The notes below the pieces were generated by a model that saw nothing but the letters and a program-made list of their open reading frames with translations, made no database searches and was not told the DNA's origin. Positions 41,204-56,200 of a stretch of DNA of 64,000 nucleotides are shown here, in pieces; position 1 is the stretch's first letter; each line of letters begins with the position of its first letter. Origin of the DNA: Octopus vulgaris (Eukaryota); assembly GCA_951406725.2 (NCBI GenBank), contig OX597819.1, positions 113,894,001 to 113,958,000 of the forward strand. The letters run 5' to 3'. Made by a program: the position numbers and the translations under genes.

Positions 41204-44200
41204 TTCACTGCCAGTGTTCCACAATCTTGCAATGCCACTTCTTAGTTCATATTTATTTTGCCTTTGTTCAGAGAGAAAGAAAATTTTAAGCAGAGCTGAT
41301 TGAATTTAAGAAATCAGTGACATCTTTAGTTGTTTGCAGATTTTTACCATATTTTGAGATGCACAAACAGATTTTTGATACTTTGCTGACTTACCATTGT
41401 GTAGAAATTCTAGTGGCATGGGATTTGTTTTTCCTTTCAGTCACCTGTCATTGGTTTGGAATGAGTCCTAGTAATGTACTGGAGATGAACTCAAATCAAT
41501 TATATTCTTGTCTTTTACATAAATAGTCAACTGTATATAAGTGTGTTAAGTGTGTGAAAAAAATCCTGTGTGAATGCCAGTTACTAATTTGATGCTGAAA
41601 TCCTTTCCACTCTAACAGCTAATGGTTTGACTGTAACTGCTGACCTTGTAGCAGCAATACTTGGGTTCTTTGCTGAGATAACTCGTGAACCAATGATTAA
41701 AGATTGGATGGGAAGTGCTGAAGGCAGTATATTTTGGCCAGTCCTCTTGACATTACTCTGCACTATTCCAGTACAGGCCCCTCGTACCACTGCTACTACA
41801 CAAACCTCATCCATAAATTATAAGCACAAGGTAAGTTGTTTCATCCATTCATATGTTTATATTATTGCTTGTTCAAGACTGACTTTCTTGTAATATTTAA
41901 CACATGAGAGAGTTATTATAAAACTTGTTAGTTTGCTGTTTATATCTTCTGCTTTACACTAGGGTGAACAATATAACTTGGGGCACAATGGAATATTGTG
42001 GTGGGATTTCTGTTGATTCTCTTTTTGTATAGTACCACAGAAGTTTTAAAATTCCTGATCCACTTTATCCCTTGATTGCCATAATTCACATAATGTTGCT
42101 TTTGGGGCCCAGTAGAATTCCGTACATAAGCTTAATGACTGAGTTGTTCATGGTATCATTACTTAAGATGAATATTTATACATGGTGAATATGAGTGTTA
42201 GATAAAAGAATTTTTGAATTTTTGTTAAATTTCTGTTAAATTTATGATGTTTAGTGGTTTTTTGTAACCTATGTCTGGTCAACTGATTAACATAAACTTA
42301 ATACCATAAGCGGCGAGCTGGCAGAAACGTTACCACGCCAAACAAAATGCCTAACGGTACTTTGTCTGCCGTTACGTTCTCAGTTCAAATTCCGCCGAGG
42401 TCAACTTTACCTTTCATCCTTTCGGGGTCGATAAATTAAGTACCAGTTACGCACTGGGGTCGGTGTAATCGACTTAATCCATTTGTCTGTCCTTGTTTGT
42501 CCACTTGTGAGCAATAAAGAAAAAATAAACTTAATACCATAATGATTTACCTTAGGTTTTGATAGCACCATGTTTCGTAGCATAAAAATTACTTTCCTTT
42601 CTTCTAAACTCCTCAGTTGAAGGGGAACTTTAATCTAGCTGGTTACATGGCAACCTCACTAGTGCTGGTGCCATGTAAAGCAAAAAATATAGTACACTGT
42701 AAAGTGATTGGTGTTAAGAAGTGCATCAAGCTGTAGAAACAATACCAAAGCAGACATTGAAGCATAATGCAGTCTTCTTACTTGTACAACCTATGCCAGT
42801 ATGGGAGATGGTTGTTATGTGATGTTGGTGGTGATGATGATGATAAGCAAATGGTAATTGTTTACTGTATTTTCAGATGATGACTGCTGAAGAACGTGCT
42901 GCCATTGAAACAGTAGTAATTACATTCTTCAACCAAGTGATTTCTTGCCATTCTCAGAACCAGCATCTATTTGCCCGTGTACTCTGTGAAGTCATCAAGG
43001 AGCAAGGATCTGGTATGGTCTTCTTAAATGTCTGAATTTCTTTCCTAATTAACTATTTGCTTTGTTTGCAGCCCTATAACTAAAAACAAATTGACCAGTG
43101 ACTTAGTATCTTGCTAGATTGAATTCATAGAGAAACAATCCTTTTTGTTGTCACCCAAGAGCTCTTTGAAGAGTAAATTGTATGATGCTTGTATCTGAAA
43201 TGTACTGTTGCACCATAGCAAAAGATGAGCAGTGAATGTAGAAATTGTATGAAGTCTGGAAAGAAATCCTCTGGATATATAATGTTAGTGTGAATGAATG
43301 ATGGAGCGCAAATGAGCTGAGAGAAAAACTGGGCATAAGAATTATCAGATGTGTGCATGAGTAGAAACTACATTAGTACAGACATGTCACATGTATGAAG
43401 TGAAGAAGTGTAAAGTGATCCATGTGGAGAGAACCTGCAGAAGAGGAAAACTTTAGAGGTGGTTAATATTGGTCTCAAGAAGCTAACCTGGCGAAGATGA
43501 CAAAAGAATGCTACATGTAGGTGAAATGCTGTGCTGGAGAGAGAGAGACATTTAATGCATAGCAAGTTTGGAAAAACATGAAACAGATGATGATGACTCC
43601 ATTAAAATCCAACAAACACTTTTCACCATGTCCTCAAACTTTGCAGAACTGGAAAGTTTTGTGAACTATTTTGTTTTCATTATATTTCAGTAATTTACCT
43701 TTTGATTTAAAAAATAGGATCTTTGTTTTTATATATTTTATCTTTTCTTAATTTAATAGGACCTATTTCATCTGGACCTCTTCTGTCTGGGTTCACAAGA
43801 CGCATGTTTCTGCAAGTTCTATTGGAAGAGCCAAAGATTTTGGTATCCTTCAAATCTTCTCCTCATAACAGTCGTCTGCAAGTGCAAGGATGTTTCAGCC
43901 AATTGCAGCATCCCTGTTTTGGTGCTGGACGCCATTTCCACACAGTCACCGTGGGATTGCAAACCAACTGTGAAGAGCTTATTAACAAGATATCAGGTAT
44001 TTAATTGTTTCCTTCAGATTGTGGTAGAGTTATGAGGATTCATTGTTTGTGTTTGTCTCTTGAGGGACACTTGATAGTATAAAGACTTTAGGGACGATAG
44101 ATATTTGAACTGTGAAGGGTTCTAAAGGAAGATGTGAAGCTGCAGATTGACTATGATTGCTGTATACAACATAGTGAAATATAAGTAGATGGAGTAATGA

Positions 44201-47200
44201 CTGAGAGTATTTAACTTACAGTATCTGTGCTTAGCCATGCAAAGATTTAGTTCAGAAAATTAATAAAATGTCATTTACTGTTGTTTACGTTTTGTTCTTG
44301 AGAATATAAAACCTAGTATTGAAAATTTTACTTTTAATGTTTGAAAAAACAAAAGTAGAAAATAAGAGATCACAAAACTTTCGAATTTATATTGTAATCA
44401 AATGCATAAATACGAAACTGTTATTCAAGAACTTATTAGCTACACTTAGTGTCTGAGTTAAGTGTTTGTACTTGTTTAGCTATAAGCCAGTCTTGATCAA
44501 GGGCCTTATATTGTCAAAGGTATTCTAGTTTGACTTTTATTTATCAGGAACTACATTATCCAATGTGTCTTCTTTTTAATTTTTATTAAAGTAGCAGAGA
44601 GTGGGTGGGTGGTGGTTTGACTTCTACATCTAGCAGGTTGAATAACCATCTAGAGACTACCTTGTTTACATCATAACCATGTGGTTGTCTAGATTGCATC
44701 TTGGGCAAATGGCCTTAAATTGACCAATACTCTGTGAATGATAGTAGGTAGAAACTGTGGAGACTCATATTTACAAAAGGTATAAACCTGAGTGAAAAAT
44801 CAAAAAGCCAATAACACCATCATGTAATTCTCACCATTAGATTTGTCAGGAACCTTTAACTAGTAATAATAATGTTCACAAATGGCAATGTATTAACAGC
44901 AGCTTGCAAAAATATACTTGTATTCACAAAGTATTTTAGTTGGTAAAATGTGCTCAGATTGCATTTCCATTAGGTACTGGTTTCAGAGGGAAAGTAGTGG
45001 AAAATAAGTGCAGAATGTCGGAATAGAAGAGAGGAAATGGCTTCATATTATAGTTTTCTGTTGCTGTAATGTTAAAAACTAGCCAAAAATTTATTGAGTA
45101 GATGGCACTGAAAATATGCATTGGCATTCACTCTTCATTTCTGATTTACCAATATCTGTAAGTGTTCCCAGATTCTTTGGAACTTTAAGAGTTCTTGAAC
45201 TCATCTCTGCTCTGTGTTTCAAACCAGTGTGTAGAAGGGGAGTAAAGCTGAAATTAGTGAAGTTAGTTTTTTGAGACAGATACCACTGTAGCACCCAGCT
45301 TACACTACCAGGTAGGCAGGAGATGGAGTCTCTAAAAAGAAACTGCTGTCAAATGAAATGTAACAGGCAGGATTGAAATGTGTACAAGGATGACTTATTT
45401 CGAATCTGCCCAATTCTTGGTTCTTTGAAAAAATGGAATAAAATGAAAAACAACTATAACTCTCTCTTTCTCTCCCCACTTCCTCAGGATAGTGTAATGC
45501 ACTCTATAAAAAATTTAAAATTATCCATTGAATTTACTAATCCATTTATATTTTCAATTCCACAGACCATACTGGACACATGGCTCAATTCTGGGATGGC
45601 ACTGTTGAGAAAAAGAACATTGATGACAATAAGAAGGATATGACTGAACTTGGTATTGAAGTTGTGGACTTCCTATCAAATGCTGCAGGTGAGTGTGCTT
45701 TTATTGTTGTGGTCTATCTATAATCATGTATGATGAAACTAAATAGCATAATAGCCAAAAAGGCACAGGGGTACAAGGTTTTGGTGCAGGGCTATTGACC
45801 ATATAGGCATAAGTTCAAATTTTACTTTAGCCATTGTTGCACCCATGAATGGGGTACATAACTGTATCTCTTACTAGCTCCAATGTGCTTCATCTCCTTA
45901 TCTCATGGCTGAGATTAGTGGTAGGAAGAGAATCTAATAATTACTCATATAAGTTAGCTCACCCATACATGCCTTCAAAGACTTCATTGCCACCAGTACA
46001 CAGGATTTTTATGCTGCTGGCATAAATAAACTTGTTTCACGTTGGCAAAAGTGTGTTGATTCTGATAGTGTTTATTTTGATTAATAAAGTTTTGTTTGAG
46101 CCGAGATATATGCGTCTGAATTTAAAGGTTAAAAACTGCAAGAACTTTCTTGACAGCCGTATGGTAGTGGTAATGATGAAACTGATTAATGGAAGCTAGT
46201 GGTATGAATGTTCCTATTGTACCCCAGATTCACATACCATCATCCATTGGCCATGTTGGTATGGGTTTAATTTTTTGGCAGGATCCAAGCCAGAGAACTG
46301 CACCAAGCTCCACTGTCTACTTTGGCATAGTTTTTATGACTGGATGCCCTTCTTAATGTCAGTGACATTACAGTGTACTAGACATGTGTTCTGTGGCACA
46401 AACACTAGTGAAGTTGCCATGTAATGTGCAAGAATTGAAAGTTCCCTTGTTTGGTTGGGAGTATGGCAGAAAGGGAAGTGTCACTATGCTAGATGTTGAA
46501 AGGTTGGTATATGATAAATGTGTGAAGAAAATGTTTGTTGTTGTGGAGGATCTCCATGGTTACTTCACATTATATAAGGGTATGGTAGAAAGGATAGGAG
46601 CATATTTGTTGCTGCAGAGGAGCTACATAGCTACCCCACATTATACAAAAATTTGATATCAATTCTATATGGAATCCAACAATAATATTTTCTAATTATA
46701 TAGGCCTCTCTTTAATTACAGTCATAATCAGAATTTAACATCTGTACTGATTTCTAGCCAAATAAACTGAGCTAGAAAGAGTTAAGTTTTGGCTGTGTAC
46801 ATAAATCTATCGCCAGTGACCTGATTCCACCCATTGACTTTTTGATTAATAATACAATATATTCTTGTCTTAACCATACGTCTTGATGTTAGATGATGTG
46901 AAATAATTCAGGATAAATGTAATGCACCATCAACAGCTCTATTAATATTGTACTTGTTTTCATCTTTCTAGGATTATTAGCAAAGGAGCGTAGAGAGAAG
47001 AATTCCAACCATAATAAAACAGGAGGTCCACCTCGCTTGCCCCCTCGTGCTCGAGGCAATCAGAATACAGACATGGTCGCTGTCAACTTACAGTTCCCAG
47101 TGTTATCACTTTATCACAATCTTCTGCCTGGTAAATTACACTTTTTTTATTGATTATAATGATTCTGGTTGTGGTCAGGTTGTTATTAGCCACAGGTCAA

Positions 47201-50200
47201 CCTTGATTAAGCAGATGCATTATTAAATCTTCCAACTGTGACTATTCCAGTTTTTCAGACCTAGTGTATCTAGGGCTATATTAGCCATTGTATCATTTCT
47301 TAAGATAGAGATTTCACTACTATTTCCAGCCTGTTGAGTAACATAGAAACCTCCTCATTGGCTGATGTTGATGAGAGTGGTATCACTGAAACCAATTACC
47401 TCATCAACCTTGTGTGTGCAAACCTCTGTGGCATGGTTGTAGCCATTCAAGCTCTTCATCATCGTCATTTAACGTCCGTTTTCCATGCTGGCATGGGTTG
47501 GACGGTTTGACTGAAAACTGGTAAACTGAGGAGCTGCACCAGGTTCCAATCTGATTACAGCTGGATGCCCTTTCTAACACCAACCACTCCAAGAGTGTAA
47601 TGGGTGCTTTGTATGTGCCACCAGCATGGGTACCAGTTATAAAACACTAGCATCAGCCACAACTACAATCTCACTTGACTTGACAGCTCTTCTCAAGCAC
47701 AGTATATTGCCAAAGGTCTTGGTCACTTGTCATTGCCTCCATGAGGCCCAAAGTTCAAAGTGTGCATTTTACGTGCCACCAGCACAGCTGCCTGGTATCG
47801 ATCAGTCAAGTTTTCTTTGATTCCAGAATAGTTTATCAACGAAGGCTTTCACCCAGAATGTTATGATTGGTTTCAATTGAGTTTCATTGATTTGTGGTTA
47901 CTTCCCACTTTATCCAGCTTCTTAGCTTTATTTTCTTTTTTTAATCTTTTATAGGTCAACCATTACCTGCAGAACTCACTCTTAGCCAACTGCTTGTAAT
48001 TTTACAAGAGAAGGGATATCCTCAAGGACAAGCGGTCTTGGAATTCCTGCTTCGATTCCATTCAAAGCCTGGTGACAAAAAGACCTACAGGGATCCTGGT
48101 ATGTATATATTTATGTCTTTATTCCTCCCTGATTATGTAATTCTTTGAAAGTACTGAGCTCCCTTGTACTGAGCTCCCTTGTAATATCTTCATACTCTGC
48201 CATTTATGGAGAAAAAAATATTCTTTACCTTACAAGATCCTAACTATGGAATGTGGTAAAAGTGACATGACAATGCTAAGAAATTTTAACTGGTCCTGTT
48301 GGACCTAAATACTCTCCCTATTTTATGTTGAGACTGGCCAAATCTGGCCCCTCATTCTCAAAATAAACAATTATATCATTGAAATCTTGAAGTTACAACA
48401 TAATCTATAATTAATCGAAAAAATTCTAAATAAAAAAGCTTTACGTTTGACAGTAATTTGGATGTTAAAAGATTAAAGTTACTGTAGTAGCTATTTCAGT
48501 AAGTTCATCTGTTAAGTTTAACATGTATATCATTGAATAATAAACTCCACTTGCCATTCATATTTTGCCCCTTACCATTCATATTTCTACTTGCAGACTG
48601 GCCAGAGGCTAACAACCCTGATGATTTATTACTTAAAGCCGACAGCTTTCCTTCAGCCCTTCAGGTGTTTGCTAGTGTCGGTGGGTTGGCACTGTTAGCT
48701 GAACATCTTCCTGTGTTATATTCCGAAGTGTCTCGCCAACCCGTTCTACCAGATACAATGGAAAGTACTGCTGTTTCTGATGTATCTCAAGACCAATGGG
48801 TGTCTGTTGATTCCTCTGACTTAAATGAGGTTAGTGTCACATGCTGTTCTGCTTACTTTATTTCTTTTGTTAATGAGAAAAACTAATCTACCATTTGTTC
48901 AACCGAATAATTGATGCAGAGTTGAGATATGTTAGACTGAAATATTCATGTCTCTAGGATATAAGTTAAAATCTTGGTTAACTTTAATGAATCTTTGGCT
49001 GTTTTCAGATTTTAAAAAGTAATTGATCTTGCTAATTTATGATTATGATGGGTTCATATCTGCTGCAGACTGGACTGGACATTAGACTATACATGATTCA
49101 ATTCTCTTAGCTGTGGTCTGTGACATGTAGGTTTTTTTCTGTGGGGGGAACGGAACTTACTATTTCAAGCTAATCAACTTCATTGTACCACCCTTGGTGC
49201 CTAATTAGAGTTGAGTAAAAGGGGTGATTGTCTGTGGATGTAGTGCTAGTGACAGGATGCAGATTGTTGACCTCAACTCTTTGTCCTTTCCTCTATCAGT
49301 TAATTCATCCTTGCTCATTGGAGTGTTTTGTAGAGTAAAATTTGGTATAGGAATGTATTGATATCTGTCTGCCTTTATATGTCATATAGCTACAGAAATG
49401 GATTTTGTTTTGACTTGTTGACCAAATTTCTTCACCCTTTGTCTCTGATGTTTATGTACATATGATAAAACCGTAATATTCTTTAATTTCTTTCTAAAAT
49501 GCTTAATTACAATAGCAACTATTTGTCATTACAAATTGATTTTAAATTCTTCCTTTTTTTTCTTTTTACTCACCAGACGTTTTATGAACCAGTCCCTGCT
49601 GCTCCTCCATTGACATCACAATCTGGCGGCACTGCACACTCAGGACTTTCAACAATTCCACCTCATTCTCTAATTGCATTTGGTTTGTTTTTACGACTAC
49701 CCGGTTATGCCGATGTTCTACTCCAAGAAAGGAAGAAAGCTCAATGTCTGCTACGTCTTGTTCTTGGAGTTACTGATGATGGTGATGGTGGTTAGTATTA
49801 TGACTTTATGCTTTTTTTTTCCCTCTGATCTTTACTATCAATCCATAGTTTTGGGAAATCCATTATATTCTTGAAATTACACTGCTTTCAAATCAGGTTA
49901 CTCACTAGAAAAGTACAATCTGCATAGTCTTTTAATGTTCTGCTCTGGCATAGGTTGGATGGTTCAGACAAAATTTGATGGGTCTGAGAACTGCGTCTGG
50001 CTCCAGTGTTTGCTTTGGCATCATTTCTATAGCATGATGCACTTCCAAATGCCAACCACTTATGACAGGTTAAGTCTGCTACCCAAGTAGGCCATGGCAG
50101 GATTTCAACTTGGAATGTAGAGAACTAAAACAAATACCACAAGGCATCTGATTTGATATTCTTACAGTTCTATCAATACACCTCCTTGGACTGGTACATT

Positions 50201-53200
50201 TTTATCGACCTTAAAAAGATGAACAGCAAAGTTGACCTCTTATGACTGTCAATTCAACACCTTATCCATTTTGTGACACTTTTCTCTGTTTAATTAAGTC
50301 TACTGTACTAACATCAAACCTGTCTCCTATTTCACATTTCTCATTAAAGGGTTACTGTCAAAATTTTCAAAATCCACTAAATAAGACTTTGAAAATTTGC
50401 TTTAATGAGTATTGGTGCATTATTTTAATTTTTTTTCCCCCAAGTTGTTATATTTTGTCTTAATGGTTTGTTTTTGATTTTATTTGCAGGTCATATATTG
50501 ACATCACCCATCGCCAATTCCCTACCCACACTGCCTTTCAATGTGATTGAATCTTTGTTTGACACGACCCCTCTCACCACAGATGATGGGGTCTATCTGC
50601 GAAGAATGATGTTGGATATTGGTGCCTTACATTTGATCTTAGCCTGCCTCTCTGTTCTCAGTCACCACGGTCCACGTGTTAACTCAGCAGCATTGCAACA
50701 CGAGGTAAGACAAACACCAGCTTCCTTTAGTTTGTTCTTTAATGACTTTTAAAAAAGCTGTTAATTTCATCATATTTAGATATATTTAAATTTTCCATCT
50801 GGTTTATTGTTAGCATTAGTTCAGTAAGTACTTTCTATAATTTCTCAGCTATGAATGGTAGAATTTTGCAGTAAACATTTTCTATACATAACCTGCCTAG
50901 GCCACCTCTGGTTCCAAGTTAGGAATCGGCACAAAATCTTTTAGTGTTCATTTTTAGAATGAAAATTGTTAAAGTGGGCTTTGGGTTAACTGTACTGCCC
51001 AAGTAGATCATAGTAGTATTTGAACTTGGAATGCAACGAGCTGGAACAAATCATTTTACAGTTCCTTCAATTCACTGCCTTCGATTGATACTTTTTTTAT
51101 CAATACCAAAAGGATGAATGGCAAAGTTGACCTTTGTTAGCTTTTGAACCCAAAGCATAAAAAGTCAGAATACATTGAAGCATTCTGTCTGACACTTCAA
51201 AGACTCTCAATTCCACCATCTGATTTTGTGTTGTCTTAGTTCACTTAGTTACCTTTACAACATTTGATCTCTACTGATTATGGATTGCTCGTGACGGCTG
51301 ATATGTGCAACACAACCCATGCCTAGGAATCCACCAGTAGGTGGGTATCATCTTTGCATTACAAAGGAGTGAAAATGGTGGTAGATTTCCAATGATCACC
51401 AATAGAGATTCAGTTTGATTAATTGAATTACCTACTCCTCAGTTAACAAAGTGGCTGAGTGTTCAGCAAACACAGACACCCTTAATGTATTTCTCAGTAT
51501 CAGCATAACCCAGTGACATGGCTGTACCTTTTGAATCACAAGTACCATCCACCCAATGGGCATCTATGCAGTCTCCTTCTACTCAATTTCATCCACAAAG
51601 TACAAGTTGACCCAAGCTATAGAAAATGACATTTGCCCAAAATGCCATGCAGTGGGATCAAAATTGGGATCTTGTGGTTGCAAAGTGAATTTATTAACTG
51701 CATGACCATACTGCATCTTCACAGTACAAAATATTTCCATCATCATTAGATAAGAGGTGGCACAATGGTTATGAAGTTAAATGCTAGACTACTGCCACTT
51801 TGTCAAAAGTCTAAATATCAGAAAGATGTTTTGCTCTTGAATAAGACGTTTAACATTGTTTACTCTTGTTCAACTGACTGGAAGAGAAAACGGGTTCCAC
51901 TTTTAATTGCACAGTTTAGTAGTTAGTGGTAGGAAGAGCACTGGCCATTTGTGAAAATAATTTTTCAATAAAATGAACTCTTATACACAAGCAAACTGGG
52001 AAAGTTGGTGTAAAAAGTTCTTATAGTGTTGCTGTTTGTTAGGCAGGTTGTTTCATCTACTCCTACATAGACTCACATGTTTCATAGTATCTGTTCTGTA
52101 GATATTTAATTTTGGTCTTTAGCTTCGGTCACTACTATTGTTTGCTATTGTTTTTCGACGAGACACAGACTATGCTGGCTGCCATCCAAGTTGCCAACAC
52201 TCAGACAGTGTCATCTACTGCTGCGGAGGAAAAATCACAGCAATACTGGGCCAAAGGGACTGGCTTTGGTACTGGCTCCACCACCTCCAGTTGGGATGCC
52301 GAGCAGTCATTACTGAGGCAGAAGAGTGAAGAGGAACATGTCACATGCTTGTTACAAGTGAGTTTTTTTTTCTTTTTACATCAAGATTTTTTTTTACATT
52401 TTCATTGTTTATTCTTTTAAGACTTAAGATTTATCTCAAAGTGGTCATTGGAGATGAGTAATATCTTTCACCTGCATTTAGCAGTAGACTCTACTAAAGG
52501 TAACTAATGTGCCTGATCATCATGATCGTCTAACGTCCGTTTTCCATGCTAGCATGGGTTGGACGGTTCAACTGAGGTCTGGGAAGCCAGAAGGCTGCAT
52601 CAGGCCCAGTCTGATCTGGCAGTGTTTCTACAGCTGGATGCCCTTCCTAATGCCAACCACTCTGTGAGTGTAGTGGGTGCTTTTTACGTGCCAGACGAGG
52701 CTGGCAAACGGCCACAATCAGATGGTGCTTTTTATGTGCCACCGGCACGGAGGCCAGTCGGAGTGGCGCTGGCAACGGCCACGTTCGGATGGTTTTCTTA
52801 CATGCCACCGGCACTGGTATCACAGCTACAATTTCCATTATGTTGATAAATTGGCTATGGTGGGATTTTGAACCCTGAATGCAAAGAGCTAGAGTAAATA
52901 TTGCAAGGCATCAAGTCTGATATAATTTCAGCCAATCAACTGTTCTGAATTGATACTTTGTTTATGAACAACAAAAGGGTGAAGTAGAGTTCATGAAGTT
53001 GGAACTCTGTCAATTTACCTTATTTTTAGACATGTTGAGCCATAGTGTGAATCCAAATTTGCCCTGTTTATTAATGTAAATCCTACATCTCACAGTTATA
53101 GAATAGAATATATCATTTTTAAACGCTATATTCAACCTCATATTTTTACAATGTCTGATTTGACACTTAGAGGTAGTATTCATAATTCTCCACTCAAAAG

Positions 53201-56200
53201 TCCTCATGTTTTGTAATTTTACCCAACTCTGTTGCTCTACTGCCTGCTCCTATTTTAACATTATCATCATGATGCAACCAAAATTAAGTAAATCATATTT
53301 TCTGCAGTTTCACTAGCTTTTATATTTGTAGTCAGATTTCTATATTTTTCTGATGATTTTTGTATTTTATCTGTGCTAGGTAATTGCAAGTTACATCAAT
53401 CCCAGTGATAGGATACCAAGAGATTTCGATGGAGTTGTATATCCTTCCCAGTGCCACAACCTGCTCCCTGAAGTGGTTCCGGAACTGCTGAGCCAGTCAT
53501 GCCTGGTACCAGCCATTTCATCATATCTACGCAATGACTCTGTACTTGATATGGCCCGTCATGTGCCCCTGTACAAGGCTCTGCTTGAACTATTGCGAGG
53601 CATTGCTATCTGTCCTATGCTAGTTCCTTTGTTGCTACCTCTTGACAAGTCTGAAGATGGCGAGACGACAGTATCGGTGTGTACTTTACTGGAGAAAATG
53701 AGAGGATGTGTTGATACCTATGCAAATCGGTTAAAGTAAGTTGTCTTGAATTTTGTAACACCTCTAACCTATTTGATTGATTCTGTACCAATCTGACTGA
53801 CTCTTGTTTTATTAATATCCTGCTTCTCATCCCTGCAGAATTTTTATTTTAAACAATTTTTTAAAACTCTTTCTGACTTTTTTACTGATCATTATAACAT
53901 CTGTCTTTCAATTTTGTACTGGATTGAAATGAGTTGGCAATAAGGTGTATTGTTATCTCAATTTGTCTTAAAATCTAATCTGTGAGGCCCAACATTTTGT
54001 AACTCACCTCTTGCTATATCTTCTGTTACAGTTGCTCTCCACTGACAAGAGCTGCTCTGTTTCTTTCACCAAATATTCTATGTCCATTTATATTTGTCCT
54101 TACTAGCACAGTAGCCTCTCCTGCGCACATTAACTGAAGCCCTTACTGGCTATGTTGCACTACCTTAGCTCATTTTGTACTTTGTCTTTCATAGAATGTG
54201 ATTCTTTTACTACACCGAATAATTACTTTGATCCTCACATGCTTTTAGACATTCTTTGTTTAGTCACTGATATTCCTCTCTAAGGAATTCATCTCCAATA
54301 GATAATATATCTAAAGAAAGACTAAAACTTTCCATCTTGGTGTTTCTAATGAAATACGTTGCTCATGTTTCAATTTTGAAAATAATCTAGAATTCAGAAG
54401 GATTTAGTAAAATAACTAACTTTGTTAATAGTGTTTGTAGCAAAACACTTAAAATATTTTTAAATGGAAGGGTTATATTATTGAAACAGAAGTGAATTGG
54501 TACCAAAAAAACTTAATCTTACATAAGCAATTTATTAATTCTTGTTTCTCTGTTTACATTCCTTGTCTTTGATGTTGCTATAACCATTATTCTGAACATT
54601 GTGTTTGCTAGGTCTAACAAAAGCAAAGGCAGCAGCACTGCAGCTGCCAACAACACTGGCAATGGTTCAGGTACTTCTACAACTTCGAAAGAAGAGGAAG
54701 AAGAAAATGAAGGATTGGCATTGTTGATTCCAGACATACAAGAGACTGCTAGAATTGTCCAAATGGCTACAGATAAGCTAAAGGGATCGAAAGGTAAAAT
54801 ATTTCTTTTTGAGACTCTCTTTGATATTTTCCCCATGTCCTGTTTATAGCCCTGAGAGTCAGATAAGTGACGCGAGGCTCGATAACATAACATTCGTCTT
54901 GTGATGATGCTTTCACCAAAAATGTTAAACCCAATAGAATGTCATATCACCACTTTGTTCTCTCCTGTGTAATTATTGTTTCACATCATTTCACCAACTG
55001 TTACTATAGATAGTCTCTCACTCTTATACTGTATTAGTATTGTAACCTACTTGTTATATCTGGTACAACAAATTTCTTGTGAAACTCTGGGAAATTTCTT
55101 TTTATTTCACTCATTACATTAGTGGAGGATCATCCTTTCTGACCTGGTGTTTGTGCAGCAATATTAAAAACAAATTAAATAAAGTCAACAAATTCAACTC
55201 TCACATCAAAGAGCAAATTATATTGTTTCAAGCTAGTGAGGCTTCAATCTCATATGGTCAATCTGCTAGAAATAACTGTCAAATCACACCCATCTTAATA
55301 GAAGAAAGACTTGTTGGAGTGTAGTTCTTGATATATTGTCGACAAAAAAAGACAAGAGGGTAGTGGCTGGATTGCCTTTGATTATAGATGTTGGATCATG
55401 TATGATCTGACCTGGGGTAAGACAGCAACAACAAAAATGATATTGATGGATCAGTTGGCATATGGTCATGGTCTTTTTGGTGCCAAGAAAATTTCCCAGT
55501 CTATATCTTCAATGAACTTTACCTCTTTTGATCTTCTGTCTTGTAAAATGGGGTTTAACCCTGTAGTATTTAAACCAATTTTGACCAATACTTTCCCTTG
55601 TGACAGCCAGCGTACTTTTGAGTGATAAGACAAATCTGCACTAATTACTTCATCATCCATCATCAGCATGCTTCTAAATTGACGATGCTTCATGGCATTT
55701 GCTCAAATATAGTTTTCAATACTTATAATCTTATGTGAAGTGTCATTTAAAATGGCAGATTTTGCTGATGTAAAATACAATGAAAAGAAATCAGTTCACT
55801 TGGATCTTTGGTTTCTCTTTTAAGATGTGCAATGAATCCTTCATTCTTAGTCATCATAGCTGGAGCACCATCCATGCAAATACTTACCAAATTACTAATA
55901 TTTAGTCCTACTTTGTGGGATTGCTCTTTGAAGTTGTTAAAAATTTCTGTCCCCCACATCCTTCCTTTAAGGGTGCCTAAAGCAAACAATTCTTCATATA
56001 ATTGAAAGTCATCAGTTATAGCATGAATAAAATACAATACCTGTGCTGAATCAGTGGAATCTGTCGATTCATCCAAAGCTACTGAATAATATACATTTTC
56101 TTTTGGGATTATATTTTTCAGCTGCTCTGTTACATCACATGCTGTTGATCTGTATAAGTTTTCCTTAAAAGAGGCACCTCCTTATATTTGTTAACTTTAT

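Noticed and set aside
48152-48183. 15-bp tandem duplication GTACTGAGCTCCCTT x2
   Set aside because: Ordinary slippage duplication with no sign of function
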